A stretch of DNA of 64,000 nucleotides. It comes from Desulfobacterales bacterium. Its GTDB lineage: Bacteria > Desulfobacterota > Desulfobacteria > Desulfobacterales > UBA2174. Of this stretch, positions 30,659-40,513 are shown piece by piece (positions within the stretch are counted from its first letter, which is position 1; every line of letters begins with the position of its first letter). Position numbers and translations under genes: made by a program. The notes below the pieces were generated by a model. The model did no database searches. It saw only the letters and a list, made by a program, of their open reading frames with translations, and had not been told where the DNA came from. The stretch lies in assembly GCA_963668645.2 (NCBI GenBank), contig CAXXWC010000013.1, positions 96,001-160,000 on the forward strand, given 5' to 3'.

Positions 30659-31167
30659 TTTTGTTGTTTCATCATCAATTTATGAAGCTGACGTTGTTTG
30701 ATAATATTTTTAAACCAAATTTTTTTTGATTTATATATTTTACCCTTTGAATTTTTAACTTCAAATCTAATCCGTCTGTACCAATTAATATAATCTAATC
30801 CGTCTATAAAATTAAGTAAATCCAGTTTAATAGAATGCTCAGCGCCAGGTTCAAGTTTTACTGGATAGATTGTAGTGTCTTTAGAACTTAGTAGCTCATA
30901 TTGATTAAAACCATCTTTTTTGAAAGGTGTTTTCAAATATGGTCTATTTATGAAAATTGAAACATTGCCTGAATTTAAAACATATATGCAGAGCACTAAT
31001 CCGTGGTATACTCCATCATATTCACTCAACAAGGCTTGAGTAGTATAAGAAATATTTAATTCTTTTTTCTTATCAACCATACGATTTCTAATTGTTAATA
31101 TTAACGAAATAACAGCTACTGTTAATCCAATAGACATTAATACCAACTTGATTTCATCAGAAGCCAC
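30652..31167 (-). CDS. hypothetical protein with N-terminal TM helix (cassette)
   Basis: GTG start after AAGGAG; stop codon lies in the attC inverse core. Confidence 0.75.
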   Translation of the reverse strand: MASDEIKLVLMSIGLTVAVISLILTIRNRMVDKKKELNISYTTQALLSEYDGVYHGLVLCIYVLNSGNVSIFINRPYLKTPFKKDGFNQYELLSSKDTTIYPVKLEPGAEHSIKLDLLNFIDGLDYINWYRRIRFEVKNSKGKIYKSKKIWFKNIIKQRQLHKLMMKQQNA

Positions 31168-31180
31168 TATTTCTCCTTAG

Positions 31181-31257
31181 TGCATAACGCTCCGCTTCAG
31201 GGGCGGCCGACCGCGCGACTGCGCGGTTGGATGTCCCCTGCAAGCGGTTGTTACAGC
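31181..31257 (-). other. attC site
   Basis: CTGTAAC-AACCG-CTTGCAGGGG...CCCCTGAAG-CGGAGC-GTTATGC. Confidence 0.9.
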
Positions 31258-31598
31258 GCAAATCGTGCTTAAATGAGCAGAACCATAGTAGAAGAAATTT
31301 TCCCAAAACCGTTGTGCTGCTCAATCTCATTCTGTTTTCTCCATCTCTTTTACGACCAAATATTTTATGAAAACGCCATATCAATCAGATCTTCGATTCC
31401 GTTTCACGATTAAGAAATTTTGGTAAAAATAAACCTTCGATATTCATGAATACCGAAAACGCCATGCTACTCATATTTGCGATTCTGCGATTCAATTTTT
31501 CCTGAAATTGTTTTCATTCACTATTCTCGAATTTCAATTCAACGGACTATTCAAAGTCAATGTGATCCTGCGATTTGTGTTCTTCTGTCTTTCTTGCG
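31258..31598 (-). other. ORF-less gene cassette
   Basis: Bounded by complementary GTTACAGCGCAA / TTGCGCTGTAAC; no convincing ORF. Confidence 0.65.
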
Positions 31599-31653
31599 CT
31601 GTAACGTTTGAACTGTGCGGCGCTGCTTTTTGCGTCCGCACAAGTGAATTGTT
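31599..31653 (-). other. attC site split by the intron (remainder ATTTC at 35266-35270)
   Basis: Arms CTGTGCGG/CCGCACAAG; removing the intron restores GTT|ATTTC, complementary to the cassette start. Confidence 0.88.
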
Positions 31654-32579
31654 GTGTGCCGGGCACGGCACGTATTCTCAAGGGTGCGCTGAGCTTACCC
31701 GATATCTGCGGCCTCAGCAAGTCCCAAGCCCAGCCAGGTGGAGGCGAAGGGCATAGCGGTATGGCAACCGGGCTTCCGGCGACGGGGTCTGGGAAGGAGG
31801 CCGCCCTGCTGCGGCAGGGTACCGCGAACGCACGGGGCGATGAACAAGAATCGAGTCAGGCGGTCTTGGTGGGACGAGCCTGCAACACAAGGCGAAGTCC
31901 TCTATCCATCATAGGCCAAGGACGTATACTCGGCGTTCACGTGCGGAAAGATGCGTGTTCACCCCGGGAGAGCTGCCTTGCCGTCCGTTTCGGCGGACTG
32001 ACCAAACCGTAAGGGGAGGCTACCGCGAGGCAGAAGTCAGCAGAGGGCATAGTAGCCGGTGGAAACGAGCCGGGCCTCCCAAATAAAGGGAGAAGAATAC
32101 CCGGAAGTCTCACCCCGACGAAGGCCCGAACGGTACCCAGCCGAATGGTTTGGGTAAATGATACTGACCAGTAGGAGGTGCGTACTTATGAACATAAGGC
32201 CTCAGCAGATGGAAATGTTCATAGCGTCGCAGATGTCCGAAAGTCTGGGAGGAAATGACCGGCTGCTGGAAATGATCCTTGACCGCCGGAATATGTTCAT
32301 GGCCCTGAAACAGGTTTGTGCCAACAAGGGCGCTCCGGGCATTGACAAGATTACCGTCGATCAGATCGGAATCTACCTGAGGCGGCACTGGCCGAAAATC
32401 AGGGCGGCATTGCTCGATGGGAGCTACCAACCCTTGCCGGTGAGGCGAAAGGAGATCGACAAACCGGACGGCGGGGTTCGCCTGCTCGGGATTCCAACCG
32501 TGCTGGACAGGGTCATCCAACAGGCCATTGCCCAGATGGTGGGGCAGATCTGGGATCCGATCTTTTCCGAGTTCAGCTA

Positions 32580-34250
32580 GTGTCCATCCGCGGCCGTAAC
32601 TATCCGGCCGGCATAAAAAAAGCGCATTTTGTGCTGGAGTTTCGAGGCTGAGTGTAGTATAAACGATGTCGCCAAACAACCGTAAATACTAACAAAGCCG
32701 AGAAAAGGACCAACACAAAATGCGCGAAAAATGGCAACGCCAAATGCCCCTGATGCCCGAGATCGCCAGCCACATCCAAGCCCAAGAGCTCGAAGCCATC
32801 TCCGGCATCCTGGACAGCAAACCTATCATCACCGAGTTCGTGCTGCAAGATCTTTGCAAGCGGCGCCGTGTTGTCAGCCGTGCCGGGGCAAAAGGCATGA
32901 GCGCCGAGCAGGTGCTGCGAGCGGCCGTGGTGATGAGGCTCCACGAGTTGACCTACCAGGACCTGGCTTTTCATCTGGTCGACAGCCAGAGTATCCGGCG
33001 TTTTTGCCGTATCGGCATTGCCGACAAGGGGTTCAAAAAGTCGGTGCTCAACAAAAACATCAAGGCCCTGTCGGATCAGACCTGGGAGGCGATCAACCTT
33101 GAAGTGCTCGGTTATGCCAAACAAAACAAGATCGAAAAAGGCCGTGTGGCACGTATCGATTGTACGGTTGTCGAAAGCAATATCCACGCGCCCAGTGATT
33201 CGAGCCTGCTGTATGATTGTGTCCGGGTGCTGAGCCGGTTGCAGCAAAGGGTCCGGGATCTTGGCCTGGGCCGATTTGGATACCACGATCACCGCCGGGT
33301 GGCCAAACGGCGCATGGTCAAAATTCAGTACGCCCGCAGCAAAAATGAACGTCGTGGGGCCTATGTCGATCTTCTCAAGTACACGGCAAAGTCGTTGGCT
33401 TCGGCCCGGCGCGCTATCGAACGGCTCAAGACGGTCGGTGCTGACAACCTGACCGCGCTGGGCCTGTTTTTTGAATTGGAACGCTACGTTGCACTGACTG
33501 AAAAGGTCATCGCGCAGACCCAGCGCCGCGTCATCAAAGGAGAGAAGGTTCCGGCCTCGGAAAAGCTCGTGTCGATTTTCGAGGAGCATACCGACATCAT
33601 CGTCAAGGACCGGCGCGACACATTTTTCGGTCACAAGATATGTCTGACCGGAGGCCGTTCGAACCTGATTCTCGATTGTCAGATCGTGGAAGGCAACCCG
33701 GCCGATGTGACCTTGACCCAGACGATGCTCGATCGGCAAGAAAAGATTTACGGGCGCTGCCCGCTCAAAGTTGCACTGGACGGAGGGTTTGCTTCCAAGG
33801 CGAATTTGAAGGCCGCCAAGGACAAGGGAATCAAAGACGTCTGTTTTGCCAAAAAGCGCGGCCTGGACCCGGAGAAGATGTGCCGCAGCCCGTATGTGTA
33901 CAGGCGCCTTCGTCGCTTCCGGGCCGGCATCGAGGCGGGCATATCCTGGCTCAAGCGCAGCCTGGGGCTGGATCGGTGCATTTGGAAAGGATGGCGATCG
34001 TTCCAGAGTTATGTTTGGGCGTCGATCGTTTCGGCCAACCTGCTTACGATTGCCCGCAAACAGTTGGCCTGACGGTACGGCACCCGTTCGATACGTAAAG
34101 CCAACAGGTGAGGTGTTCCCGGATTTTAGGGTGAATGGTAACATTTACTGTTAAGGGCTTGTTTTTTGCTAAATTCTTTCGAGATTATTCGCCTGCCGCC
34201 TCTTTGCAGGGTCCTCGGGCGGCTGATTTTGGCGATTTATGGACGGAAAC
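32580..34250 (+). mobile_element. ISNCY-family IS
   Basis: 6-bp TSD CAGCTA (32574-32579, 34251-34256); imperfect IRs GTGTCCATCC / GGACGGAAAC. Confidence 0.85.
32720..34072 (+). CDS. ISNCY-family DDE transposase
   Basis: RIDCTVVESNIH.P.DSSLL.D, EKLVSIFEEHTDII.K, ALDGGF, FRAGIEAGISWLKR. Confidence 0.9.
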   Translation: MREKWQRQMPLMPEIASHIQAQELEAISGILDSKPIITEFVLQDLCKRRRVVSRAGAKGMSAEQVLRAAVVMRLHELTYQDLAFHLVDSQSIRRFCRIGIADKGFKKSVLNKNIKALSDQTWEAINLEVLGYAKQNKIEKGRVARIDCTVVESNIHAPSDSSLLYDCVRVLSRLQQRVRDLGLGRFGYHDHRRVAKRRMVKIQYARSKNERRGAYVDLLKYTAKSLASARRAIERLKTVGADNLTALGLFFELERYVALTEKVIAQTQRRVIKGEKVPASEKLVSIFEEHTDIIVKDRRDTFFGHKICLTGGRSNLILDCQIVEGNPADVTLTQTMLDRQEKIYGRCPLKVALDGGFASKANLKAAKDKGIKDVCFAKKRGLDPEKMCRSPYVYRRLRRFRAGIEAGISWLKRSLGLDRCIWKGWRSFQSYVWASIVSANLLTIARKQLA

Positions 34251-35268
34251 CAGCTATGGATTCAGACCTGGAAGATCGGCCCACGATGCGCTCCTGCAGT
34301 CCAAGCAATACCTGCTGGATGGATATACCTACGTTGTCGACATGGATCTGTCGAAGTTCTTCGACCGGGTCAACCACGACCGGCTGATGAGTCGGCTGGC
34401 GTCCAGGATGGCGGACAAACGTGTACTGAAGTTGATCCGCGGGTACCTGAACGCCGGAACGATGATCAACGGTGTGGTGATCTATACTGACGAAGGCACG
34501 CCCCAGGGCGGACCGCTGTCACCACTACTTTCCAATGTCGTCCTGGACGAACTGGATAAGGAATTGGAAGCCAGAGGGCACAAATTCGTCAGATACGCCG
34601 ACGACTTCAGGATCTACTGCAAAAGCCTTAAAGCGGCCGAGCGGGTGTACGCGAGCATCACCAGGTTCTTGACCGTCAGACTCAGGCTCAAGGTAAACGA
34701 GGAGAAAAGCGCTGTCAGTCGTCCGTGGTTGCGCAAGTTCCTCGGATTTACGTTTTTCCACATGTACGGCCAGTCGAAAATCCGAATCCACGCCAAAACC
34801 ACTGAGCGGTTCAAGCGTCGGGTCCGGGAACTGACGGACCGGAACTGTGGGAAAAGTCTGCACCAGGTTGTCAAAGAGCTGAACATGTACCTCAGAGGGT
34901 GGTGGAATTACTTCCGCCTCGCCGAAGCCAGGCACATCCTGAAAGCACTGAAAACCTGGACCATCAGGCGGCTTCGCTGTCTCGTCTGGAAACAGTGGAA
35001 GAACCCGAGAACCAAAGTACACAATCTCGAAAAGCTCGGTATCGACCACGCGCATGCCATGACCTGCGGGAATGCCCGCAAGAAACACTGGCGGATGAGC
35101 AAGGTCAAGTGGGTCGTCATCGCAATGCCGGAGCGCTATTTCATCGAAAAAGGATTATACCTTCCCGGAAATTAACCTTCCTGATCAGCCGAACCGCCTT
35201 GGTACGCGATCCGTATGCCGGGTGGTGTGGGAGGGGGTGGCCGTGAGGTCACTCCCTATCCCGATATT

Positions 35269-36003
35269 TCATTTTCTGAGTCGTTTGTTTATAAATTTCA
35301 CTAACTCTTCGGATTTTTCACAAAAGCTTCTTTCTGGAAAGCTGTCCCAAAAATCTTCAATCGCTTTACCAAATTCGTTTAAAGATTTATCGGTAATTGA
35401 TAGGACCTCTTCAAGAAGACTTGAACCATATAGTTCAAGCAATTCAATATCATCGTGTTTTTTAATAAGATCAGGGCGTTTTTTTCGAAGCTCTTCCGCC
35501 GATGAACCTTCGCCATGCTTGACAACATTGCAGACTAATCGTAATTGATCAATTCGTTTTAATCCATTTAGAGAACTAAAATCGACATCATAGAAAATAA
35601 GAATTTTCTTCATGTCTGCAAATCGGCTAAATATATGATTTAGTTTGATGTGGTAGTCATGAGAAAGCTCTTTGTAAAGGAATAACCTCAACTGTTGCTC
35701 GAATGCCTCATACAATGCGACATGCCACGATGATAAAAGAACATATCTACCATGATTCAATAAGTCCCAATGCTCAACAGATCGATCCATTGCTTCCTCA
35801 GCGATATCAGCGGGGTCAATTGCATCTGGATGATACGTATTTTGCATTACACCTTCAAAATAATCATTCCCGTGCTCTTCTGCTTCTGAATCGATTTTAT
35901 CAAACACAGATTTTAATTTCAGGTTGTAAACTTCTACAAATCTGCCAATTTGGCTTTTCATGTATTTTTTGTCCATTTCCGGCAGATAAATTTGTGGTCT
36001 CAT
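35269..36003 (-). CDS. hypothetical protein, HEPN-like (cassette)
   Basis: LYEAFEQQL and LRLVCNVVKHGEG motif; bounded by attC sites. Confidence 0.65.
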   Translation of the reverse strand: MRPQIYLPEMDKKYMKSQIGRFVEVYNLKLKSVFDKIDSEAEEHGNDYFEGVMQNTYHPDAIDPADIAEEAMDRSVEHWDLLNHGRYVLLSSWHVALYEAFEQQLRLFLYKELSHDYHIKLNHIFSRFADMKKILIFYDVDFSSLNGLKRIDQLRLVCNVVKHGEGSSAEELRKKRPDLIKKHDDIELLELYGSSLLEEVLSITDKSLNEFGKAIEDFWDSFPERSFCEKSEELVKFINKRLRK

Positions 36004-36029
36004 TGCTGCACCTTATAAGAGTATTATGT

Positions 36030-36092
36030 GAAATAACTGCCAGCTGAGCCGCGCCCGGCTTTTTGGGCGTCGGCTCCAGCGAAAGTTAGAGC
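36030..36092 (-). other. attC site
   Basis: CTCTAAC-TTTCG-CTGGAGCCG...CGGCTCAG-CTGGCA-GTTATTT. Confidence 0.9.
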
Positions 36093-36794
36093 CTATTTCA
36101 TCGGCCAGCAAAACTCATCGTGTAGGAAAGAAGTAGTGCCAGTAAAATTCTGTATGTGCAAGGATACCGGCCATATTGTATTGTCGCTGTTAACGTGATG
36201 CGTGTTTAGCTGAGGCTTGAAGTTGAAGATTAGCTGGGCCTCAATGCTGGCGAGCAATTCTTCTGCCTTCTCCAGTGGCTTGACCCACTCCAGCGGTTGG
36301 TATGATCTGTCATCTGTCAATAGAACAACCGCTCCAAGGTAGATTCTCTTGGCGAGGCCATTGTACATGGGATGGAGGAGTCTGGTAAGTGCGGTATGTC
36401 CACATCTAAACCGCCCGCTACTAGAGGATGTTTTGCCAATATAGACCAACTGCTCTGCATCTCCGTCACCGATTGTAATCATGTAAATTGGGTAGCAAAG
36501 CGGAGGCGGCTCTCCCAATTGGCTCTTGATCATCTCGACTTCCTCACGATCTAGCCACATCGGTTCCTCAGCTTCAATGATTGCCAAGCTGGCGGCGACA
36601 TACTCATGAATTTTCCTCCACGAATCAGTCAATGATTCAGCCTCTAAATCAACGCTTTCGTGCGCTGGAACCACAACATCCAAACTCAAGAAACTTCCGA
36701 ATTCCTGATTTGGCGGCCGATTGTCCAAGTCAATGAAGGAATGAAGTGGGTCGCGTCTTTCTAGCCAACTGGACAAGAGAGATACCTTATTCAA
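36093..36794 (-). CDS. putative GIY-YIG-like nuclease (cassette)
   Basis: PIYMI..LVYIGKT..RF...H, IEAQLI...KPQLN; TTG start after GGAGG. Confidence 0.6.
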   Translation of the reverse strand: MNKVSLLSSWLERRDPLHSFIDLDNRPPNQEFGSFLSLDVVVPAHESVDLEAESLTDSWRKIHEYVAASLAIIEAEEPMWLDREEVEMIKSQLGEPPPLCYPIYMITIGDGDAEQLVYIGKTSSSSGRFRCGHTALTRLLHPMYNGLAKRIYLGAVVLLTDDRSYQPLEWVKPLEKAEELLASIEAQLIFNFKPQLNTHHVNSDNTIWPVSLHIQNFTGTTSFLHDEFCWPMK

Positions 36795-36818
36795 GGCGTG
36801 TGACCTCCAGCTCTAACT

Positions 36819-38314
36819 CAATGTCGTTAACTTAAGCCATCGCCTTGTAGCAGCAGAAGAATTTTCTGGGCTTGAGCCGATGGTTCCTTGGTTGCTTTCT
36901 CCCGGGCCGGATCGGCTCGGTGGTCCTTCGAAATAGGGCGAACAATGCTTCGATGAGGCGCCGGATTTTGCAAGCTGATCCGGTAAACAGGATCACGAGG
37001 GTCTCATTGAACCTCGACAGTGCCTGGGTGAAATTGACTTGATAGTTGTACTGGCGGGCAGCAGGCGCTCGGGCCAGCTCATCATTGACAGGACCCGTGA
37101 GCACAGCGGCCAGGTTCTTCATCAGCACTTTGGCATGAAAGTCCTGGTAGATCGAATGTACTGATTTTCCGGTAAAGTTTTCAACCTCCAGACGGCACTT
37201 GAGGACTTTGTAGTCCTCTTCGACGGGCCAGCGTAAATGATAGAGGTCTGCGAACACATCGTGCGGATACTGTTGGTTGTCGAGCAATGAGGTAATCAGC
37301 ACCGTCATCTTTCCGTCTTGTTCGATCCGCACGAGCCTCAGCTTCAAAGGGGTACGTTCCAAACCGAGTTGGGTTATAACGCGGACCGAAGTCGTCGGTA
37401 TCGGCAGGTAAACGATGGACTCATTTTTCCCGGATTCGACAAAGCTGCGAACCACCTTCCAGCGATTGGAGATCCGGGCGCAGAAGTTGGCTTTTCGTGA
37501 AAGGATCAGGGCGAACAACCACCAGGCCGGATAGCCGCGATCCAGCAACAGCAGGTCATGGGGCATGAGGTGGCGGCAATGCTCGACAGCCAGTTGGCGC
37601 TCGCCGATGCTCTTGGGGCGGATACAGGCATCAACCGTGATCTTGTTGAGCGTATCGTAAAGTTGGGACAATCGCGCCATGGGCGACGGCTTTCCTTTGC
37701 GGCAGCGCCAGACGCCGAAGTGATTTTCGATATCAGGGCTGTGGGGCAGCTTGGCAGTGGAGCCATCGACGGCCAGCAGGCGAAAGCCGTTCCATGTTTT
37801 CAGGTTGAAGTGTTCATCGAGAAAATGGTTGAGCTTTTCGTTCAGCTCCCTGAAGGCTTCGAATCTCAGCTTCAGTCGGGCCGTTGACAGAGCCGCCTTG
37901 GTCACGACACGCTTTGCGACATCGGTCCGCTGCAAGGCCTTGAAGAAGTGATCGAGCTCGTCCTGGTAGGATCCGCGCATCAGGTTGAGCATCAGCAGGA
38001 TCAGGTTGTGGAAAGGCAGCTTTCGATCACGGGTGAAGTCTTCAGGAAATAGGCGGTGGCGGGATTTGAAATCGTCAGAGAAAATGGTATTTCTAATAAA
38101 AACGAATAGTTTGGCACACAATTTGGAAAGCAGGTTGCGTGCCAAGTTGATCTGGTTTAGAATGAAATTTCGGCATGGTATTCTCCTTTCGTAATGATCG
38201 TGGAGGGTTGTTATCGAAAGTAAGTATACCATGCCGAACCTTTTAAAATCAACGTATTTATATGTAATTTAGAGGTGTTACGACGCTTTTTGGTGGCTTA
38301 AGTTAACGACATTG
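36819..38314 (-). mobile_element. IS4-family IS inserted in attC
   Basis: Perfect 21-bp IRs CAATGTCGTTAACTTAAGCCA; transposase stop inside the IR; no direct TSD seen. Confidence 0.9.
36832..38176 (-). CDS. IS4-family transposase (start uncertain, possibly frameshifted)
   Basis: FTRDRKLPF, LAVDGS, LLDRGY, LY..RW.VEE.Y. Confidence 0.88.
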
Positions 38315-38433
38315 ATTTTAAGGGGCCGGGCTCGACAACCAAGGCATGGTTTTACAGCCACAGAAGCCCTATTGAAAAGGCTGTTCAGACGCGCCACGAT
38401 TTGCCCGGTCCATCTTCAAAATGATGTTATGGC
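38315..38433 (-). other. attC of the first cassette (its GTTAGAG core displaced to 36811-36817 by IS4)
   Basis: GCCATAAC-ATCAT-TTTGAAG..GGACCGGGC...GCCCGGCCCCTTAAAA. Confidence 0.75.
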
Positions 38434-39113
38434 TTGATGTTGTCAGCAATGATTTGAGCAATACTTCCTTCTTTGAATTCAAACTGCTTTTCAATATTTT
38501 GTGTTTTTACTATAATTATTAATGTTTTTTTGATACCAGGAGTAGGGTCAAAGCCAAAAATTTTGTTTGTAACCTTGAAATCTATCCTGTCGTTAAAAAT
38601 ATATTGCTCAAGACGATTCTTAACATCAACAAAAGTTGAGCCGCTCCCATATTCTGCTTTTAAGATTTGAATCACTTTCTTTTTTTTAATATCAAGTTCT
38701 ATGTTTTTATTCCGCCACTTTTGTGGAATTGACTTAAATGGACTTAATGATCCCATGACGATGCATAAAGCACAAATAACATATAAAAAGGAAAATATAG
38801 GTATTGTAACGGCATAGCAAACAAGATGTGGTATTGGATAATTTGTATCCCAATAAAAAGTACCATTCGCCCAAGTGTCTTTTGAAAATATAATCATCTC
38901 TCCATAAAAAAATTTCCAAATAAAAAAAATAATAAACAATAAAAGAAAAGAAAGGCCCAATTTAAATACTGATAAACTGATTTGGTAAACCTTATTAGCT
39001 ATAGCATTTGAAAAATGTTTGCCAATACCCCAAGATACCACACCACTTAATCCAAGGATAGTCATTGAACCGGCAACGATCGAAAACCAATCTGCAATTT
39101 TATCTATAGTCAT
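38427..39113 (-). CDS. membrane protein with C-terminal DUF3395-like domain (first cassette)
   Basis: Three hydrophobic segments; ILKAEYG...DVK..L...FGFDPTPGIKKTL. Confidence 0.65.
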   Translation of the reverse strand: MTIDKIADWFSIVAGSMTILGLSGVVSWGIGKHFSNAIANKVYQISLSVFKLGLSFLLLFIIFFIWKFFYGEMIIFSKDTWANGTFYWDTNYPIPHLVCYAVTIPIFSFLYVICALCIVMGSLSPFKSIPQKWRNKNIELDIKKKKVIQILKAEYGSGSTFVDVKNRLEQYIFNDRIDFKVTNKIFGFDPTPGIKKTLIIIVKTQNIEKQFEFKEGSIAQIIADNIKP

Positions 39114-39154
39114 TGTTAACCTGAATGTATGTTCAATTCTTATTAATCTCTGCT

Positions 39155-39190
39155 GCCATAACTATTATTGGTTTGGGATCCCAAACTATT
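39155..39190 (-). other. putative attI site
   Basis: G|TTATGGC at 39162-39155 is the exact complement of the first cassette's GCCATAAC; lies upstream of the divergent intI. Confidence 0.65.
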
Positions 39191-39454
39191 TCTGGCAAAG
39201 ACTCAAAAAACGCAAGCAAACAAATAAGTTAGATTGTCGCTTTTATCGGGTTAGGCCGGGCCAACCACTTGTTTCGAATTGGGCCGCGACTCCCGTCATA
39301 ATGGTTTATCCGGTACTCGATAAGCCGTCCATGTAGTCCGAAATGGATAGATCAACTTTAAATACAGGGTGTTGTAAAATAAATGTTGACATGATGTTTA
39401 TATATGTTGCATTCTCGTTATTATTGCGAATAACCCTCAAACAAGGAGGCAACC

Positions 39455-40513
39455 ATGGACCGACCTCCACAAAAGCTTCTCGACCAAGTAAGGGATGTCA
39501 CAAGGCGAAAGCATTATTCCATCCGTACCGAATCGACCTACTGCGACTGGATCAGGCGCTATATTCTGTTTCATGGCAAGAAGCACCCCAAGGACATGGG
39601 AGCTGTGGAAATCGAGCGCTTTCTGACCCATCTGGCCGTGCATGGCAAGGTGGCCGCTTCCACCCAGAACCAGGCGCTTTGCGCTATCGTATTTTTATAC
39701 AAGCACGTCCTTAATATGGAAATCAAGGGAAAAATCAGCGCCGAGCGGGCCAAGAGGCCGCAACGACTGCCAGTGGTACTCTCCCGTTTAGAAATCGACC
39801 GGCTGATCCATCAAATGGAGGGGATGTATTGGCTCATGGCGGGTCTTCTCTACGGGTCCGGGATGCGGCTGATGGAGTGCCTTCGGTTGCGCGTCAAGGA
39901 TGTTGACTTTAATCAACGTTACATTGTCGTACGGTCGGGAAAAGGCGACAAGGATAGGGTCACCCTCTTGCCAGAGCGTTTGATTCCGGAACTTGAAAAT
40001 CAACTCCATTACGCCAAAGGGCTTCATGACAATGACTTGCGGAGAGGGTATGGCGCTGTTTATCTACCCAATGCGTTATCCAGAAAATACCCGAAAGCGG
40101 CCAAGAGTTGGATTTGGCAGTACATTTTTCCTTCAACGAAGTTGTCCAGGGACCCGAGATCCCAGAAGACAAGGCGGCATCACATCGACCAAAGCTGCCT
40201 GCAGAGAGCCGTCAAAACCGCCGCGCAAAAGGCCAAGATCCACAAACCGGTAACCCCCCATACCCTGCGGCACAGCTTTGCCACCCACTTGTTGGAAAGT
40301 GGCTACGATATCCGCACCATACAGGAACTGTTGGGGCATAACGACGTGACCACGACCATGATTTATACCCATGTCTTGCAGCGAGGACCCGGTGCCGTGC
40401 GCAGTCCCATGGACAGTGCTACTCAAAACCCGGCAAGACCGGCGATTCGTTTGGTGCAATCCATTTCGGGTGAAAGGAGCAAAAGATGGTCTCGGATCGG
40501 GATGACCGGATGA
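39455..40513 (+). CDS. intI: integron integrase
   Basis: [35 protein letters not shown], IntI-specific VYLP.AL.RKYP.A..W.WQY.FP insertion, [22 protein letters not shown]. Confidence 0.97.
   Translation: MDRPPQKLLDQVRDVTRRKHYSIRTESTYCDWIRRYILFHGKKHPKDMGAVEIERFLTHLAVHGKVAASTQNQALCAIVFLYKHVLNMEIKGKISAERAKRPQRLPVVLSRLEIDRLIHQMEGMYWLMAGLLYGSGMRLMECLRLRVKDVDFNQRYIVVRSGKGDKDRVTLLPERLIPELENQLHYAKGLHDNDLRRGYGAVYLPNALSRKYPKAAKSWIWQYIFPSTKLSRDPRSQKTRRHHIDQSCLQRAVKTAAQKAKIHKPVTPHTLRHSFATHLLESGYDIRTIQELLGHNDVTTTMIYTHVLQRGPGAVRSPMDSATQNPARPAIRLVQSISGERSKRWSRIGMTG

Larger units (their letters stand above)
32188..35175 (+). pseudogene. ltrA: intron-encoded reverse transcriptase/maturase split by an IS (32188-32579 + 34257-35175)
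   Basis: NKGAPGID, RLLGIPTVLDR, FS|YGFRPGRS, GTPQGGPLSP, RYADD. Confidence 0.92.
31654..35265 (+). mobile_element. group IIC-attC intron, interrupted by an ISNCY element
   Basis: Starts GTGTGCC after TTGTT of the attC bottom strand; domain V GAACCGCC..; ends CTATCCCGAT; RT without endonuclease domain. Confidence 0.93.

Noticed and set aside
15270..39200. CRISPR array or retron explanation for the repeats and the RT
   Set aside because: The repeats are attC sites and intron pieces separated by whole genes; the RT has group II intron motifs and domains V/VI; no cas genes seen
39386..39415. intI promoter TTGACA-18-CATTCT
   Set aside because: Good -35 but weak -10 and spacing; Pc could not be located either
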